NCBI GenBank assembly: GCA_951406725.2
Contig: OX597823.1
Location: 102,734,001 to 102,798,000, forward strand
From: Octopus vulgaris
Lineage: Eukaryota
Reading direction: 5' to 3'
DNA: 64,000 nucleotides
A model generated the notes under the pieces. That model was not told the origin of the DNA, searched no databases, and saw only the letters and a list, made by a program, of their open reading frames with translations. Position 1 is the first letter of the stretch, and the number at the start of each line of letters is the position of its first letter. Of this stretch, positions 49,016 through 63,702 are shown piece by piece. A program made the position numbers and the translations under genes.

Positions 49016-49810
49016 ACGTGGAGTGATTTTTTTAACAGTATGATTAATAGCAATCCTTAATAAAAAACGATGAGACATAAACTGCAGGATTTGGTTCTAT
49101 CTATAGTTTTCCAACTTAATCTATAGTTAAATGTTTACATCCTTAAGTTCCCAGATATATATAAAAATATGATTTTCTGGATATCATCATCATCGTTTAA
49201 CGTCCGTTTTCCATGTTAGCATGGGTTGGACGGTTCGACTGGGGTCTGGGAAGCCAGGACGCTGCACCAGGCTCCAGTCCGATCTGGCAGTGTTTCTACA
49301 GCTGGATACCCTTCCTAACGCCAACCACTCCATGAGTGTAGAGGGTGCTTTTTACGTGCCACCGGCACAGGGGCCAGATGAGGCTAGCAAACAGCCACGA
49401 TCGGTTGGTGATATGTGTATATACATTGAAATACACACACACACACACAAACACGATGGAAATTCTCGTTGCAAACAACATATGAGTGTTCAGTTTTTGC
49501 TGAATGACCTGCACAAATGATTTGTTTACAGTGATGAAATGTATGCGCTGTACATTAGCTCACTCCTTCCCTCCATCAAATCAACATTGCCTGTATAGAT
49601 GCAGAAGTGCACCACACATTAGATGTTGAAATAATTACAGAATGACATGAAATGAAGTGTTTTGCTCAAGAACACAACCTATTGCCTGATATGGGAATCA
49701 AACCCACAATCTAGCAGTTGTGAGCACAACACCCTAACAACCACACACCTTCACACACATACATATTGTATATCTCTATGTGCAGTATTTGTGTATGCAT
49801 TGGATGCTAA

Positions 49811-49912
<102 letters not shown>

Positions 49913-50374
49913 ATAATCATCTGTTTATATACAGATATGTTGTTTGTGTGTATATATGCACCATACATACATATTCTTAAGTATATATGTGCATATGCAT
50001 GTAAATAAAACACATGTATGTATGCTCGTCTATGCATTTGTGTATATCTCTGCCCATGTTTTTTAAGTTCCATGTGTGTGCATATGCATCTTGGTGTCTG
50101 CATGCATGTTCATACAAAACACACACACACATACACGATTGAATTTATGTAATTATTCATTTATTCTCTTAGCCTTTGGTTTTATTATTTTTTCTCTCCT
50201 TATCTGGATTGTCTACTGCATTTGAAGACATGGTAACTGTCAGTACCCCACTGAAGCAAATAACTACTCTTCCCCACTTCATAAATGCTCCTACACTCAA
50301 TTTAAAACTAGACTGACTCATATATTAAATTACTACAGACATATATATTATCTATACATATATATATCTACACA

Positions 50375-50690
50375 TGGAGGCGCAATGGCCCAGTGGTTAG
50401 GGCAGTGGACTCACGGTTGTAGGATCGCGGTTTCGATTCCCAGATCAGGCCTTGTGAGTGTTTATTGAGCGAAAACACCTAAAGCTCCACGAGGCTCCGG
50501 CAGGGGGGGGGGGGGTGATCCCTGCTGTACTCTTTCGCCACAACTTCCTCTCACTCTTTCTTCTGTTGGCCTGCTCACTTAGCCAGTGGGGTGGCATCAT
50601 TTGAAGGCTAAAACAATGCGAAGCGCATTGTAACCAGCGATGTGTAGCAACATCTGATAGCCTGGTCGGTCACGGTGATCACGGTGATAT
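50375..50690 (+). mobile_element. tRNA-derived SINE (family D variant)
   Basis: TGGCCCAGTGGTTAGGGC A box, GGTTTCGATTCC B box, and a short tandem CACGGTGAT end. Confidence 0.75.
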
Positions 50691-51799
50691 ATATCTACAC
50701 ACATATGCACACACACACACACACAGAGTTATACACACTTGTATTCCTCACACAAATAAACATCTTCCAACTGCGTTTCTCAATCCCATATCAAAAATTT
50801 AGATTAACCGAAACACAGATGTTCTTTAGATGAAACATCTCACAAGTTGTATATAACTTTGTAATATAGATTTGTAATACAACATTTTTTGTATTCAAAT
50901 GTGTTGATTACACTTCTGATTTGTAAACACTGTAACTCTGTGTCTAAAGATATCGATATTACCAGATGCATACATATATGTATATATAGTTAGAGAGTTA
51001 CTCAAGGGCCAAGAGTCTCATGCATTGAATATATATATATATCTTGTCTTCTTGTATTGAGACAGCATTCACCTGGGGTGGGTTGAGCTGGCTTCATTCA
51101 TCCTCAAAGTTGCATCTCTCACAAACGCCGACCAGACCTGGCAATTTGAGGCTAACAACTGCGTGATCTCCAACCACTCCTTATTCCAGCAGTGAACGCC
51201 GTATATATGGGGGCCTAGGTTGGGTTCCAGATAAGCCTTGAATATCATCAGCCAGGTTTTTTGTTGTCCACCACATCGCTTTCACCAACCCTGAAGGGGA
51301 GCCGGGGCAATTGCTTCATAGATGAATTCTCCTGGTTGACAATGGAGGGCATGACCCAGCCAACATATATACATGTCTGTATGAGTTAGAGGTTAAGCAA
51401 CCATCTAAGGAATAATAAATATCCAATACACTACTGGATGTATACTTACGTATTTATATCCAAGTGCTTACTATTGCAGGGCAGTATTGCAATTGAATAA
51501 TAGGTATGAGTGGGGGTAAAAAAGAAATTTACCAAGGATTTAGAAGGCAAATAAGAAGATGGAGAGGATAATCACTCGGCAAACATCAGCCTGTAGACAT
51601 TCATTTATCTCTATTAATCAATTACAATCATATATATAAATAGACAAAATAAAGAAATGAAAAAAGCAAATAAACAAGTAAAAAAAAATAGATAAATAAA
51701 AATAAATAAATGAATAAGAATAACTGAGTGAAAAAATACTTCTGATAACATACATGTTCTCTTTGTTAAAACAGGAAACCTATATTCACTACCTACTGA

Positions 51800-54430
51800 C
51801 ACCTATAATAACTTTATTTTGAAGGAGTTTAATAGTGGCTAATAATAGATTGAATAGCATTAATAAGAAACATTTCGATTTAATTAAAGAGCTAAAACTA
51901 CTAGATAGAACTGAACTCAATGCCCCTAAAATCTCATACTTCATCCTTTAAGGACCACAAAGCCAACTTCGAGAGCAAATCAACCATTAGGCTAATTTGC
52001 TCAACCAAATCAGATTTGGGCAGAATTAGTAAGTTTATCATTGATAGAATTATCTCTCATATTAAAAGGAATATGAACCTCCCACTCTTGGTATCCACAG
52101 GAGATGTCATAACTTGGTTCTGCTCTTTAAATAACAAAAAGAAAACCCACTTTATTCAATTCAACATTAGTAATTACTACCAGTCCATTAAACCTGATTT
52201 ACTAGACAAAGCAATTAAATTTGCAGAGAAGTTTACTAGTATCACACCTTTGGAGAAAGATATCATATTTACCGCAAGGAAAACACTGATATCCTTCAAA
52301 AATAGGACATGGACCTGATCTGACCTTCATGACGACTTTGATATTACAATGGGAAGTTCGGATTCTGCCCAGGTCACAGACATTGTTGGACTATTTCTAA
52401 TCTCTAAAATTAGGGACAAATTCCCTAATATTAGTGAGGGCCTATATAGAGATGATGCCTTATTCGCCATATCTGAATCCTCCGCACAAGCAACTGATAG
52501 GATTAGGAAAATTATTAATAAAATTTTTTTAAATCATATAAATTAGATATCATATTTGAAAATGTCTCTAAATGTGTTAACATATTGGATGTAACATTAA
52601 ATTTGGATAATGGCTTATTCTACCCCAATCATAAGCCTAACAAAACTATTAAGTATATCCACACCTTATCAAATCATCCCTGAAGTGTCATTAAGGGGGT
52701 AATTAAAGGTGTGTTGATAAGAATATCTAATTTATCCACTAATGAAAAAATATTCAATGAGTTCCCCCCCACCTTTATAATACAGCACTAAAAGACAGCA
52801 TTAAAGACTATATTAAAAACACAATATTTAAAAACAAATTAGGCAAACAGTTTCCAAATATTACGAATTCTAACATTGACTCACATTCAATAAACAACCC
52901 CACCAAATATAGAAATCAACAACTCTTTAAAAGACACTATAGATTTTTCAAGTATAGCAATACCGATATGGGGCAGAATAGGAACTATTCTGGGAGGAAA
53001 CGGGAAACTGTATGGTTTACACCCACCTTCTCCCTTCTGGTAAGAAACCGCCCTAAGTTATTTTTTAGCATTATCGATAGGAACTTCCCACCTGGTCATA
53101 AATACCATTCTATATTTAATAGATCTTGTCTTAAATTATCCTATTTTAACACACCCAATCTTGGAGCAATCATCGCAGCCGATAACAGACTTAAACTTAG
53201 AAACAATGAAACCAATAGAGATAACCTAGCCGACCCTAACACGAAGAACAATAATAAGGAGTTGGATATTAAAAATAGTAAGACTAAACCAAGAAACGAA
53301 ATAATAACATGTAATTGTCGTAATAGGGAATTTTGTCCCCTTAAAGGCTTCTGCTTAAGGAGAAATACCATATACAAAGTTGAAGTTTCAACCCTAAATG
53401 AACCTAAAAAGATTTACACAGGTAGTACAATTGATTTTAAAAGTAGATAGAGGGCGCATGTAAACTCTTTCACTAACCACAAAACAAAAAAACTCAACCA
53501 CACTAGCAACCTACATCAATAGATTAAATATGAACAACAAAGAATTCAGTCTGAATGGGTCTATAATAAGGGAAGCCACACCATATAATACACACATGAA
53601 GAACTGCAATTTATGCACGAAAGAGGCAATCCACATAATCTGAGCCAACAAAAATAGTTTACTTAATAAGATATCTGACGTTATAATTACCTGTAGACAA
53701 CAAATATCTTTCAACATTTAAATTTTTCAAAAATAATTAAAATATAGGATTCTAATTTAGACTTACTTCATATTATGGACTCTTCTAAAATTTTATATTA
53801 TATATGGCGTTGTAATACACTTTAGACTTTTAACATCTTATGCCTGAAGAGAATGGTCCGATCAAACATTTCTTTTAAAACTTTAAACTTGTAAATCTAT
53901 TAACTCTGATGAGAGAAATACAGAGTATTGCTATGGTTGGAGTTAGCTCACCCATAGCAACCTACATCTTTTTGAAACAGCCATAAGACTTTGTACATAG
54001 ATTTTATACATGTTCCAGATTCCTTATGAATCATTTTACATTCACTTTATCTTCCTCGTCATTGATTCAAAGTCGAACATTCGAACTTCACAAGTACATT
54101 TATGGACTTATATCTTTATATATATATATTTATGAATTTTTATGTGATTATAAATTTTTATATGTCAATAAATTTTTATATATTTATAAATTTTCGTGTA
54201 TATGTATGTATTTATAAATTCTTAGGAATTTTTTTATATCATATAGCTGAATGCATCTATGTATGTATTTTGTATCCCATGGAGAATTTCATTAATATGG
54301 ATTGAATGAATATATACATCGACCTTTGACTTTGTCTTCTCTCCCCCTTAACTTATTTTCCTGAAGCTCTATCAGAGCGCTAACTTGTTGAGCTGTATAA
54401 AGTGGATATCTATATCACTTATTTCCTCAT
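51800..54430 (+). mobile_element. Decayed Penelope-like retroelement: RT plus C-terminal GIY-YIG endonuclease and 3' pseudo-LTR
   Basis: KDHKANF...IRLI...GRISKFII; FDITMGS...GLYRDD (RT catalytic motif); SNHP; WFTP...FNRSCLKLSY; CNCR..CPLKGFC linker; IYKV...IYTGST..FKSR; CNLC...LLNK. In-frame stops and frameshifts; ends in (TA)n. Confidence 0.85.
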
Positions 54431-54432
54431 TG

Positions 54433-54469
<37 letters not shown>

Positions 54470-55009
54470 ATATACTTATATATGTGAGTATGTGCATACA
54501 CACACACAGATGTATATATGTATGTGTGTATGTCTGTGTGTATCATTGTGTTTGTCCCTCACTACTACTTGACAACCTGTGCTGGTTTATCTATGGCCCT
54601 GTAACTTAGCAGTTCAGCAAACGATGCCAATAGAATAAGTACCAGACTTTAAAAAAGTAAGTACTGAAGTCAATTTGTTCAACTAATCCCTTAAACCCTT
54701 TAAGGCACTGCTCCAGCATGGTTGTAGTCCAATCACTGAAACAAGTAAAAGATAGAAGATAGCATATTTCAAACTACATCATTTTCTTTTTGAAAGTTAG
54801 GAAAGTGTGATTTGGTAGAAGTTTGGCTGTTATTTTTTGCAAGTCAAGCAAAACATGGGGCTACTCTTTTGACCCCCAAAAGCACAATGGCTCTCATCTT
54901 CAATATTTCCTTTCTCCCTCTGTCAACAATACTTAACCTCAGGTCAGTCGCTTTCTTTATCACTTACTTAGTCTTGATAACAGAAACTATTGACTGTCTT
55001 GTGAACTAC

Positions 55010-55420
55010 TTACTCTCTTTACCCTTTTACTCGTTTCAGTCATTTGACTGCGGCCATGCTGGAGCACCGCCTTTAGTCGAGCAAATTGACCCCAGGACTC
55101 ATTCTTTGCAAACCTAGTACTTATTCTATCGGTCTCTTTTGCCAAACCGCTAAGTTACGAGGACGTAAACACACCAGCATCGGTTGTCAAGCAATGTTGT
55201 GGGGGGACAAACACAGACACACAAACACACACACACACATATATATACATATATATGACGGGCTTCTTTCAGTTTCCATTTACCAAATCCACTCACAAGG
55301 TTTTGGTCAGCCTGAGGCTATAGTAGAAGACACTTGCCCAAAGTGTCACTCAGTGGGATTGAACCCGGAACCACGTGGTTGGTAAGCAAGCTACTTACCA
55401 CACAGCCACTCCTGCACCTA
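55010..55420 (-). mobile_element. SINE family A, full length
   Basis: Complete head, microsatellite and tail. A very similar copy lies at 61340-61715(-). Confidence 0.85.
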
Positions 55421-56127
55421 CTTGGGTAATTCCTATTGCAGACTACTTTGCAAGTAGCACATCTGAAGCTTTTGATTCTGTCAGCCTGCCAGAATCCTCA
55501 TTGTAGTTTTTCTGTACTCAGTGTTTGCACCGAGCTGCACATTGTTCCTACCAACACCCTTCCTATGCATCATATAATAATAAGGCCACTTATACTATAT
55601 AACAGTAAGACTTATACATTGTACTACAAAACGAGATATATTGACCTTTAAGCTTCTAAAATTCTATACACTCATGAATACATAAACACCTACACACACA
55701 CACATACACACATATGTACATACATTCACAAATAAACATGCAAAGCTAATATTAGGAAGCTAAATAGAAAATGAGACATTTATCTATTAAGCTAGGTGAG
55801 AAGTTGAGAGATGGAGTATCACAAGTGTTTTCTGGTATAAGACTGACAGTTATGAAGTTCTACAAACTGTCATAAAATGCATCATCTTCATATTAATGTC
55901 CACATTTCCATGCTTGCAGACTATGTCGAGGTAGATTATTTCCTACTGATGGATTCCCTTACTTGTTTCCATGGAAGGTAATATTTTCTCATGGCCAGAC
56001 ATAATTTTCACAGTATGTTGGAAATGAAGGATATCACCTGTATGACAGTGACACTCATTTACAGCTGTCACATGATGTCAAGACACAGACAGTAACATAT
56101 GTGCACACACACACGTGCACATGCACA

Positions 56128-56163
<36 letters not shown>

Positions 56164-59100
56164 TGTATGTATGCATGTATGTATATACACATACACACAC
56201 ACACACACGCATATCCATGAAAGGCTTCTTTCAGCTTCCATCAAGAAAATTCACTCACAAGGTTGTGGTTAGCCCAAGACTGTAGTACAAGACACTTGCC
56301 CAAGGTGCCACACAGTGGAACTGAACCCAACCTCGAACCATGTGGTTGGGAAGCAAACATCTTACCAGACAGCCACACCTGGTGTTCAGTCGACAGATAC
56401 CAATACTGTGTGCATAAGTAAAGTTTGTCTAATTGAAGGTCAGTTTAAATAGAGTATTTTCTGAAACAGCTACTCCCTACAAAGAAAACTGTTAGGATCT
56501 AATGCATGTTATCTAACAAGATGGAATACTTCAAGTAACTGCAAGACTGTCTAAAGAATTAGTAGGCAAAACTTTGCTCTGGGTACCTTAGAAATCTAAA
56601 AATAGTAAGCAGTATGTCCAAAAATTCCAGTTAACTGATCATATAATAATTATTGCCCTTACTTACTATTTTAGGTTTTTTTTAACATGCCTAAGGGAGT
56701 TATTTGCATATTACCTGCTTGGATAATCACTCAGTTGATTGAAATTTTCCAGTTCACAATATTACCTATATAGAGATTCAGCTATATTAATAAGGCAAAC
56801 ACAAGCTACCTCAAGGTAATTTTCCTCATCCACATCATCATCGTTTAACATCCACTTTCCGTTCTAGCACGGGTTGGACCGTTCGACCAGGGTCTGGGAA
56901 GCCAGGAGGCTGCACCAGGCTCCAGTCTGATCTGGCAGTGTTTCTACAGCTGGATGCCCTTCCTAATGCCAACCACTCCAATAGTGTAGTGTGTGATTTT
57001 TACGTGCGACCGGCACAGGTGCCAGGGGAGGCTGGCAGCGGCCACGATCGTTTGGTGCGTTTTACGTGAAGCCAATCAAGGCAGCGCTGGCATCGGCCAT
57101 GTTCGGATGGTACGTTTTACGTGCCACTGGCACAGGTACAAATTGCATCAGTGATTGCAAACAAGTCAGTGTGATTCCAATGTTGAGAGTATTTATATGT
57201 GGCTGATGTATTTACATTGTCTTTGCAATGTATGTAAGGAAACAATGATGAATCCATGGTTTGGCTTAAGTCATCTTGGCCCATTCTGAAATCATTTTAG
57301 CATTCACTTTTTCATGTTTGCACAGGTTGAAAGAAGTTTATTGAAGCAGATTTTCTACCGTCATATGTTTTTCCTCTTGTCAACCCTCACCTGTTTCCAG
57401 GCAAGGTAATATTTCCCCATAGCCAGACATATTTTCACAGAATATTGGAAATGAAGGACACCAACTATCACACCAAGTCAAGCCAAGGATATACAAATAC
57501 ACACACACACACTCATACATGCAACCATGCATCATCATAATCCTTTAACGTCTATTTTCCATGATAGCATGGATTGGATAGTTTGACCAGAACTGGCAGT
57601 TAGAGAGCTGCACCCGGTTCCAGTCTGATGAGGCTTGCTTTCTATGGCTGGATGCCTTTCCTAACACCAACCACTTTAATATGTGTGCTGGGTGCTTTTT
57701 ATGTGATGCTGGCACTTGTAGGCCAACCCTCTTCACCAGGGGCAGCAGCAAAAATCTAGGAACTGAAATAGTGGTATCGATTCATATTATGAAACTGACG
57801 TTTAGACATCATTTCATGAGGTTTATATGCAAAGGGGGGGGGTACTCGAAAGAAACCGGAATAATATTTCTATTTTAAAAACTGTTAAAGTCTTAAACAT
57901 TAAAATAATATTTGTGATCTTCTTACCAAACAATTTGGCCAATCTTGTTTAACATCATTTTACAATTGCTGGTACAAATAGAAACGAAATGTCATGAGAC
58001 ACAGTGATATTTAGGTCACATCCTCATCCCTTTAGAGTATTGTGGGGGAACCTTCATAGTACCAAGACTAAATTACAAGTACATAAGAATCTATTCTCTC
58101 AACTGGGCTTGGGACTAGCTATGGCAGAGGAGGAAGATGGTGTAGAGTCAGCAGCCCTGCATTTTCAATTTTTTACATTGCTACTGAAATACCAACAAGA
58201 GAACATATAAAACCCCGGTAGTGGTAAAGGGGTGTGGTCTTCAGAGAGTGCATATGAAGCAAAATGTAGTGAGAGCTGAAAGGTAGCTATGATGTGGAAC
58301 ACCATTTTCTCATCAAAGACAACCATACAACTGGGACCATGGAATGTCAGGGACATGTTTCAAACTGTGAAAAGCATGAGTAGACCAAAACCAACATGGA
58401 GAAGGTCCACCGAAGCTGAAGCACTGGCGGACAGCTACACCTGGGGACAACTGTAATCCCTTGTCAAAGATCCAGAGAAATGGCGATCTCTTGTTTGTGT
58501 CATATGTTCCATGTGAAGTCAAAGGAAATAAGAAGAAAAAGAATCTGTGGGATGCATTTGACCTGAGAAAAATAATTTACTTATAATTTTATAAATTCAT
58601 AGGAAAGTAACTTATATTAAAATACTGTTTTGATTTTAAAGATTAAACCAGTCATTTCTTAGATGGATGGATGGATGGATACAGAGAGAGAGAGAGAGAG
58701 AGTGTGTGTGTATTTATGTTTTTAAAGGCTTTATTAATGAGGGTTTTTTAAATTTCATGCAAGTGAAAATCCATCCATGAATCTTCAAACCAGCTCCAGA
58801 GTGACCAGTAATATACTTGAACATCACTGTAACTGACAATGACCATTTGGACACAACTTGAATTTTATCAAAGTAAGAACTAAGTGTGACATAATATTTG
58901 TCAAGAAATCTTCACTTATAAGCTACTGAAAATCATAAGTGGTGTTGTGGCATTTGTAATGAGAGTGCTTGGTTGCGGTAGACATATAGCATAGAGATAA
59001 TTGATCAAATGTTCAACAGCTGTTTACAGGTCTATCACTCCATCGCAGGGGCTTCCTAACCACCAGGCTGTGGATCAAGTGACACTAGTCTGCACAGAAA

Positions 59101-59713
59101 GAATAAAGTTTTAAAAGTTTATTTCTATTTTATTGACTATCACAGTCTGCAGAGTGTGTTTCTATTATATATGTATTTATTTTATATTTTCATTTCATCT
59201 AGTTTCAGCTCACGAGCTATGGCCATGCTGGGGCACCGCCATTAAAATACAATAGCTGCAGTAACAAATATTTAAAAAAAAATTGTCGTAAAACTTGTAA
59301 TAATTAAATTACTTTCGAAGGGAGGAGGTTAGTCAGTATTGCTGACCCCAATACTTGACTGGTATTTTATGTTTCTTTGACCTCAAAAGGATGAAAGGAA
59401 AAGTTGACTCCAGTAGGATTTGAACTCAGAATTTAAAGAGTTGATCCATGGAAAAATTGTCTTGCATGAAACCAGTCTGTAGTGTAAAAAAAAGGTTGGG
59501 AACTGCGGCTATCAGTTTGGGGTGAACTCTAATGCAATGATCAGCATTCTAGTCATGGTTGGCATGTCTTTATTGTTGAACAGTCTGTTCAGAGATTCCC
59601 AAACTAAAACCACAGGATTCCCCTTCTAAAGATAAAAAATTTTATTGACTGCAATTATCATGCTCTTCTTATTGTGTATTTGTCTTCATGATGAGTTACA
59701 TCAATTTTCATAA

Positions 59714-59744
<31 letters not shown>

Positions 59745-59746
<2 letters not shown>

Positions 59747-60160
59747 GAGGGAATATCACCAAGAGAATTCTTGGTGATTTACCATTGGAAACACCCCAAG
59801 CCAACAGGAGAGATGGGCAATTTGCCCCTCCAATCAAAACCAAGTAAGTTTTCCTTTCCTGTTCTTTCCTTTTTCCCAAAACATGGTCGTGTACAGAATA
59901 GGCAGCATGAATGTGAATGTACATGGCTTGGGGTCACCTTGGAAGTGGGGTCACCTGCTCAACGTTCTCAGGGCACTGAATGCCGACATGGTGGCCATTA
60001 GGGAAAACAGAATTTCCAACTCACGGGATTTCTGACCCATTTTCAGTAACTATGACACATATGCATCTTCAAGTTGTCCAGAAGCAGGAGGCAGAGTCGT
60101 GGTGATGGCTCGGAAAAATCTAGATCTTGCAATGAGGACAATCTTCCTGGATCTGAAAGG
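59745..60160 (+). mobile_element. L1/Tx1-like LINE fragment (APE endonuclease N-terminus)
   Basis: Translation MNVNVHGLGSPWKWGHLLNVLRALNADMVAIRE resembles the NVxGL...D.V.IQE motif. Confidence 0.5.
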
Positions 60161-62409
60161 TAAGTCAGATCTTTGGAATCATTTGTCTTACATTCTTCAC
60201 AATATCTGTTGATCCCCTCAAGACTTTCTTTAGTTTGGTTATTTTACTAATCTCTTCCAGGCTGCAGTTAAGCCATGTTGACAGGGTAAAAACAGAAATG
60301 TCTTTCCTGTTAAAATATGAAGTTGTTTTAAGTGAGAAGTGTCAACTGACTTAATGAACTAATCATTTAACTATTGTCTTTTGTAATTAACTTTGAAAAT
60401 GTCATCATAACTTATTCAATAATTATCTTCTCTTAAGACACATGTTAGCCACAAAAATAGCTGCTTTTGAATGAAAGCTTCTTATTTTTGTTTCGGTTAT
60501 CTACTCATGGATTTATTTTTTGTTATTTCATTTCACACTTGTTTTGTTTTAGATGTCAATCAAGGACAAACATGTCTGCATTTGTTTTGTGCATAAATTA
60601 AAATAGAAAAGTAAAAATCAAATTGTAATTAGAAAATTAATTTGTTTTTTAGTATTAGTTTTAAATTTCTCTGCAAGTATGTCATTGTGAAAAATCACAT
60701 CCTCAAACTCTTTCAATACCAACCTAAGACCACTTCTGCTTTCAATACAAAACCTTTCATTTTAAAATTTTCTCATTTAAATTAAATCCTTCAATCATAA
60801 TTGTATGTTAAGATTTTTTAAAAGTTATATTCCAATTAACAACATAATACTAGCAGAGTTAGTTAGATTCTTCAAAATACTGCATTCATCATCATCATCA
60901 TCATTTAACACCCTTCTTCCATGATGGCATGGGGTTTGACAATTTGACAGGAACTGGCAAACCAAAGGACTGTCTGTCTTGGCATTACTTCTACAGCTAG
61001 CTGCTCTCTCTGTCACCAACCACTTTACAGAGTGTACTGGGAGCTTTTTACATAGCACCAGCACCAGTGAGGTCACCAAGTAATTTGCAAGGCACAACCC
61101 TCATCAACTGAAGGGTGAACAGTGTTGAGGAAGGTAGCTTTGTACCAGGTAATGACAGAGGGACAGAAACAGGTATCTTGAAATAAATGAGAATAATGGC
61201 AGCCTTGGTTGGAAAAAGAAAAGAGAAAGAGAGAGAGAGAGAGAGAAAGAAAGACAACAGTGAAGAAGGTGTATTGAAGGCATACCCTCAAGTTTTAATT
61301 ATTTACAAAAAGATGCAATGTATTATTTTATTAGAAGTATCTCTTTTACTCTTTTACTTGTTTCAGTCATTTGACTGTGGCCATGCTGGAGCACCATCTT
61401 TAGTTGAGCAAATCGACCCCAGAGCTTATTCTTTGTAGACCTAGTACTTATTCTATCAGTCTCTTTTGCCAAACCGCTAAGTTACGGGGACGTAACCACA
61501 TCAGCATTAGTTGTCAAGTGATGTTGGGGGGACAAACACACACACACACACATATACGATGGGCTTCTTTCAGTTTCTGTCCACCAAATCCACACACAAG
61601 GTTTTGGTTGGCCCGAGTCTATAGTAGAAGACACTTGCCCAAGGTGCCACGCAGTGGGACTGAACCTGGAACCATGTGGTTCGTAAGCAAGCTACTTACC
61701 ACACAGCCACTCCTACACTATGTTAACTTTTGTTACACAAAGATGCTTCTATTCATGTAATATCAAAGTCGAGTTAGAGTAACAAATGTTATCCTTTTCA
61801 TTTGAATCTGAAGGAACTTACTAGTTAATATAATATTCACTAAAAATAAAATTTTTTAAAAAGTGAGTAGATATTGCCAGTAAAATTTAAGTCTTGGCCA
61901 AACACAGTTTTTCTGACATGGCTGTATGGTAAGGAATTAGCTTCTTAACCATGTTTCCAAGCTCAGTTCCATTACATAGTAAATAAAGTGAGTACCTTCT
62001 ACTATAACTCCAGGCCAAACAAAACCTTTTGAGTGGATTTGGTAGATGGAAACTGAAAGAAGCCTGTTGTAAACTTGCTATCCAATTCAATAGAATTCCT
62101 GAAACTTGATCCTTTGAAGTCCATTCCAGACCCCGACATAAACAACATATATAATAAACTCTATGATGAAATTTCAGACATGTTCTTAACTATGGACAAA
62201 AACAGGAGAACAAACTTTTAATTTCCAATTTTTTTCTTATTCCCTAATTTTTTACTTTCATTTCTTGATATTTGATAAGATGGACATAACACATTGAAAC
62301 TGGTAATATTTTATAAAAGTCACTCAATGTAGCAAAAATTAAACAATCTTTAGACGTACTTTCATGTTGTTATACTTTTATTTCTTAACTATATATACAT
62401 ATATATATA

Positions 62410-62712
62410 AAGTTAATCCAAACATGAAAACACAAAGAGAAAACACAACAACGCGAGGATGTGGAACAAGTATAGTGTTATTGGACGCTCAGAAAAGGAA
62501 AGAAAGAAGGAGGATATAACGTTTCGAGCGGAGCTCTTTGTCAGAAACAGGAAAAGGAAAGATCCAAGGAAGGGAAAACAGAGGAAAAAATCGCCTATAT
62601 ATTCAAAATGTGACCGCGTGTGTACCGTTGGCGATTTTTTCCTCTGTTTTCCCTTCCTTGGATCTTTCCTTTTCCTATGTTTCTGACAAAGAGCTCCGCT
62701 CGAAACTTTAAA
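62410..62712. mobile_element. Inverted-duplicated PLE pseudo-LTR-like element with two hammerhead-like motifs
   Basis: Arms at 62521-62595 and 62630-62706. Each arm contains GUUU-CUGACAA-A-GAGC(UCC)GCUC-GAAAC. (TA)n lies on the left flank. Confidence 0.7.
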
Positions 62713-63654
62713 TATATCATCATCATCGTTTAATGTTCATTGATGATGATGATGATATATATCATCAGCATCATCATTTAACATCCCTTGTCCATACTGG
62801 CAAGCTAGAGAGGTGCACCAGGCTCCAGTCTGATTTGAGATGGTTTCTATTGCTGGATGCCCTTCCTAATGCCAACCACTTTACAGAGTGCTCCACTGGG
62901 TGCTTTTATGTGGCACCACATAAGTGCTTCAATGTGGCACTGGCACGAGTGCGTTTTACATGGCACCAGCACAGGACTCTTTCATGCCAATCCTCTTCAC
63001 CATCAGGGTGACTGGCCTTAACACTTCTGCTGCAGTGGAGTACAGGGTCTTCTTGAGTACAGCAAGGTGCTAGTCATCTCAGTCTTCCTGGGTCTTCTAC
63101 TTCAACATGTTCCATCAACTTTGAGAGATCAGCACTTATTTATGCAGCTGTTGGCATCAATCTGCATCACATGACCAAACCAGTGCAGTCTTCTCTCTCG
63201 CACATAGCATCTAATTCTTCTTAAGCCTAACTTCTCTCTCAGTACACTTACACTGTCGAACAGGTACACTTACATTACATATCCATGGAGCATACTAGCC
63301 TCATTTGTCTCTGATGTCCTCCCTCCTCTCTCTTGAAATAAATTATCTGTTAAAGAAAGTAATCAAATATTTATATATATATTGGTTGTGTGGTAAGAAG
63401 CCTGGGTAAGTGTCTTCTACTATAGCCTCAAGCCAACCAAAGTCTTGTGAGTGGATCATCATATGTATATGCCGCTAGGCAGAATAATGTTTTTGCTTCT
63501 CGCTAACCTCCGCCAAACTTCCTTGCCAACCTCCAACAATCTCTCTCTCCTCCAGCTGGAAGTTTTTTGTACTAAGGTGTTTCAATACAACAGAGTTACC
63601 CACGGATATTTCTCAGTCTTTACACCAGCTAGTGTATACACACATATATATATA

Positions 63655-63702
<48 letters not shown>

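Noticed and set aside
52316-53643. In-frame TGA codons in the PLE (52316, 52681, 53641) as possible selenocysteines, as in Naiad PLEs
   Set aside because: They are not at conserved Cys positions, the element also has TAG/TAA stops and frameshifts, and the endonuclease is C-terminal, unlike Naiads. Point-mutation decay (for example CGA to TGA) is simpler.
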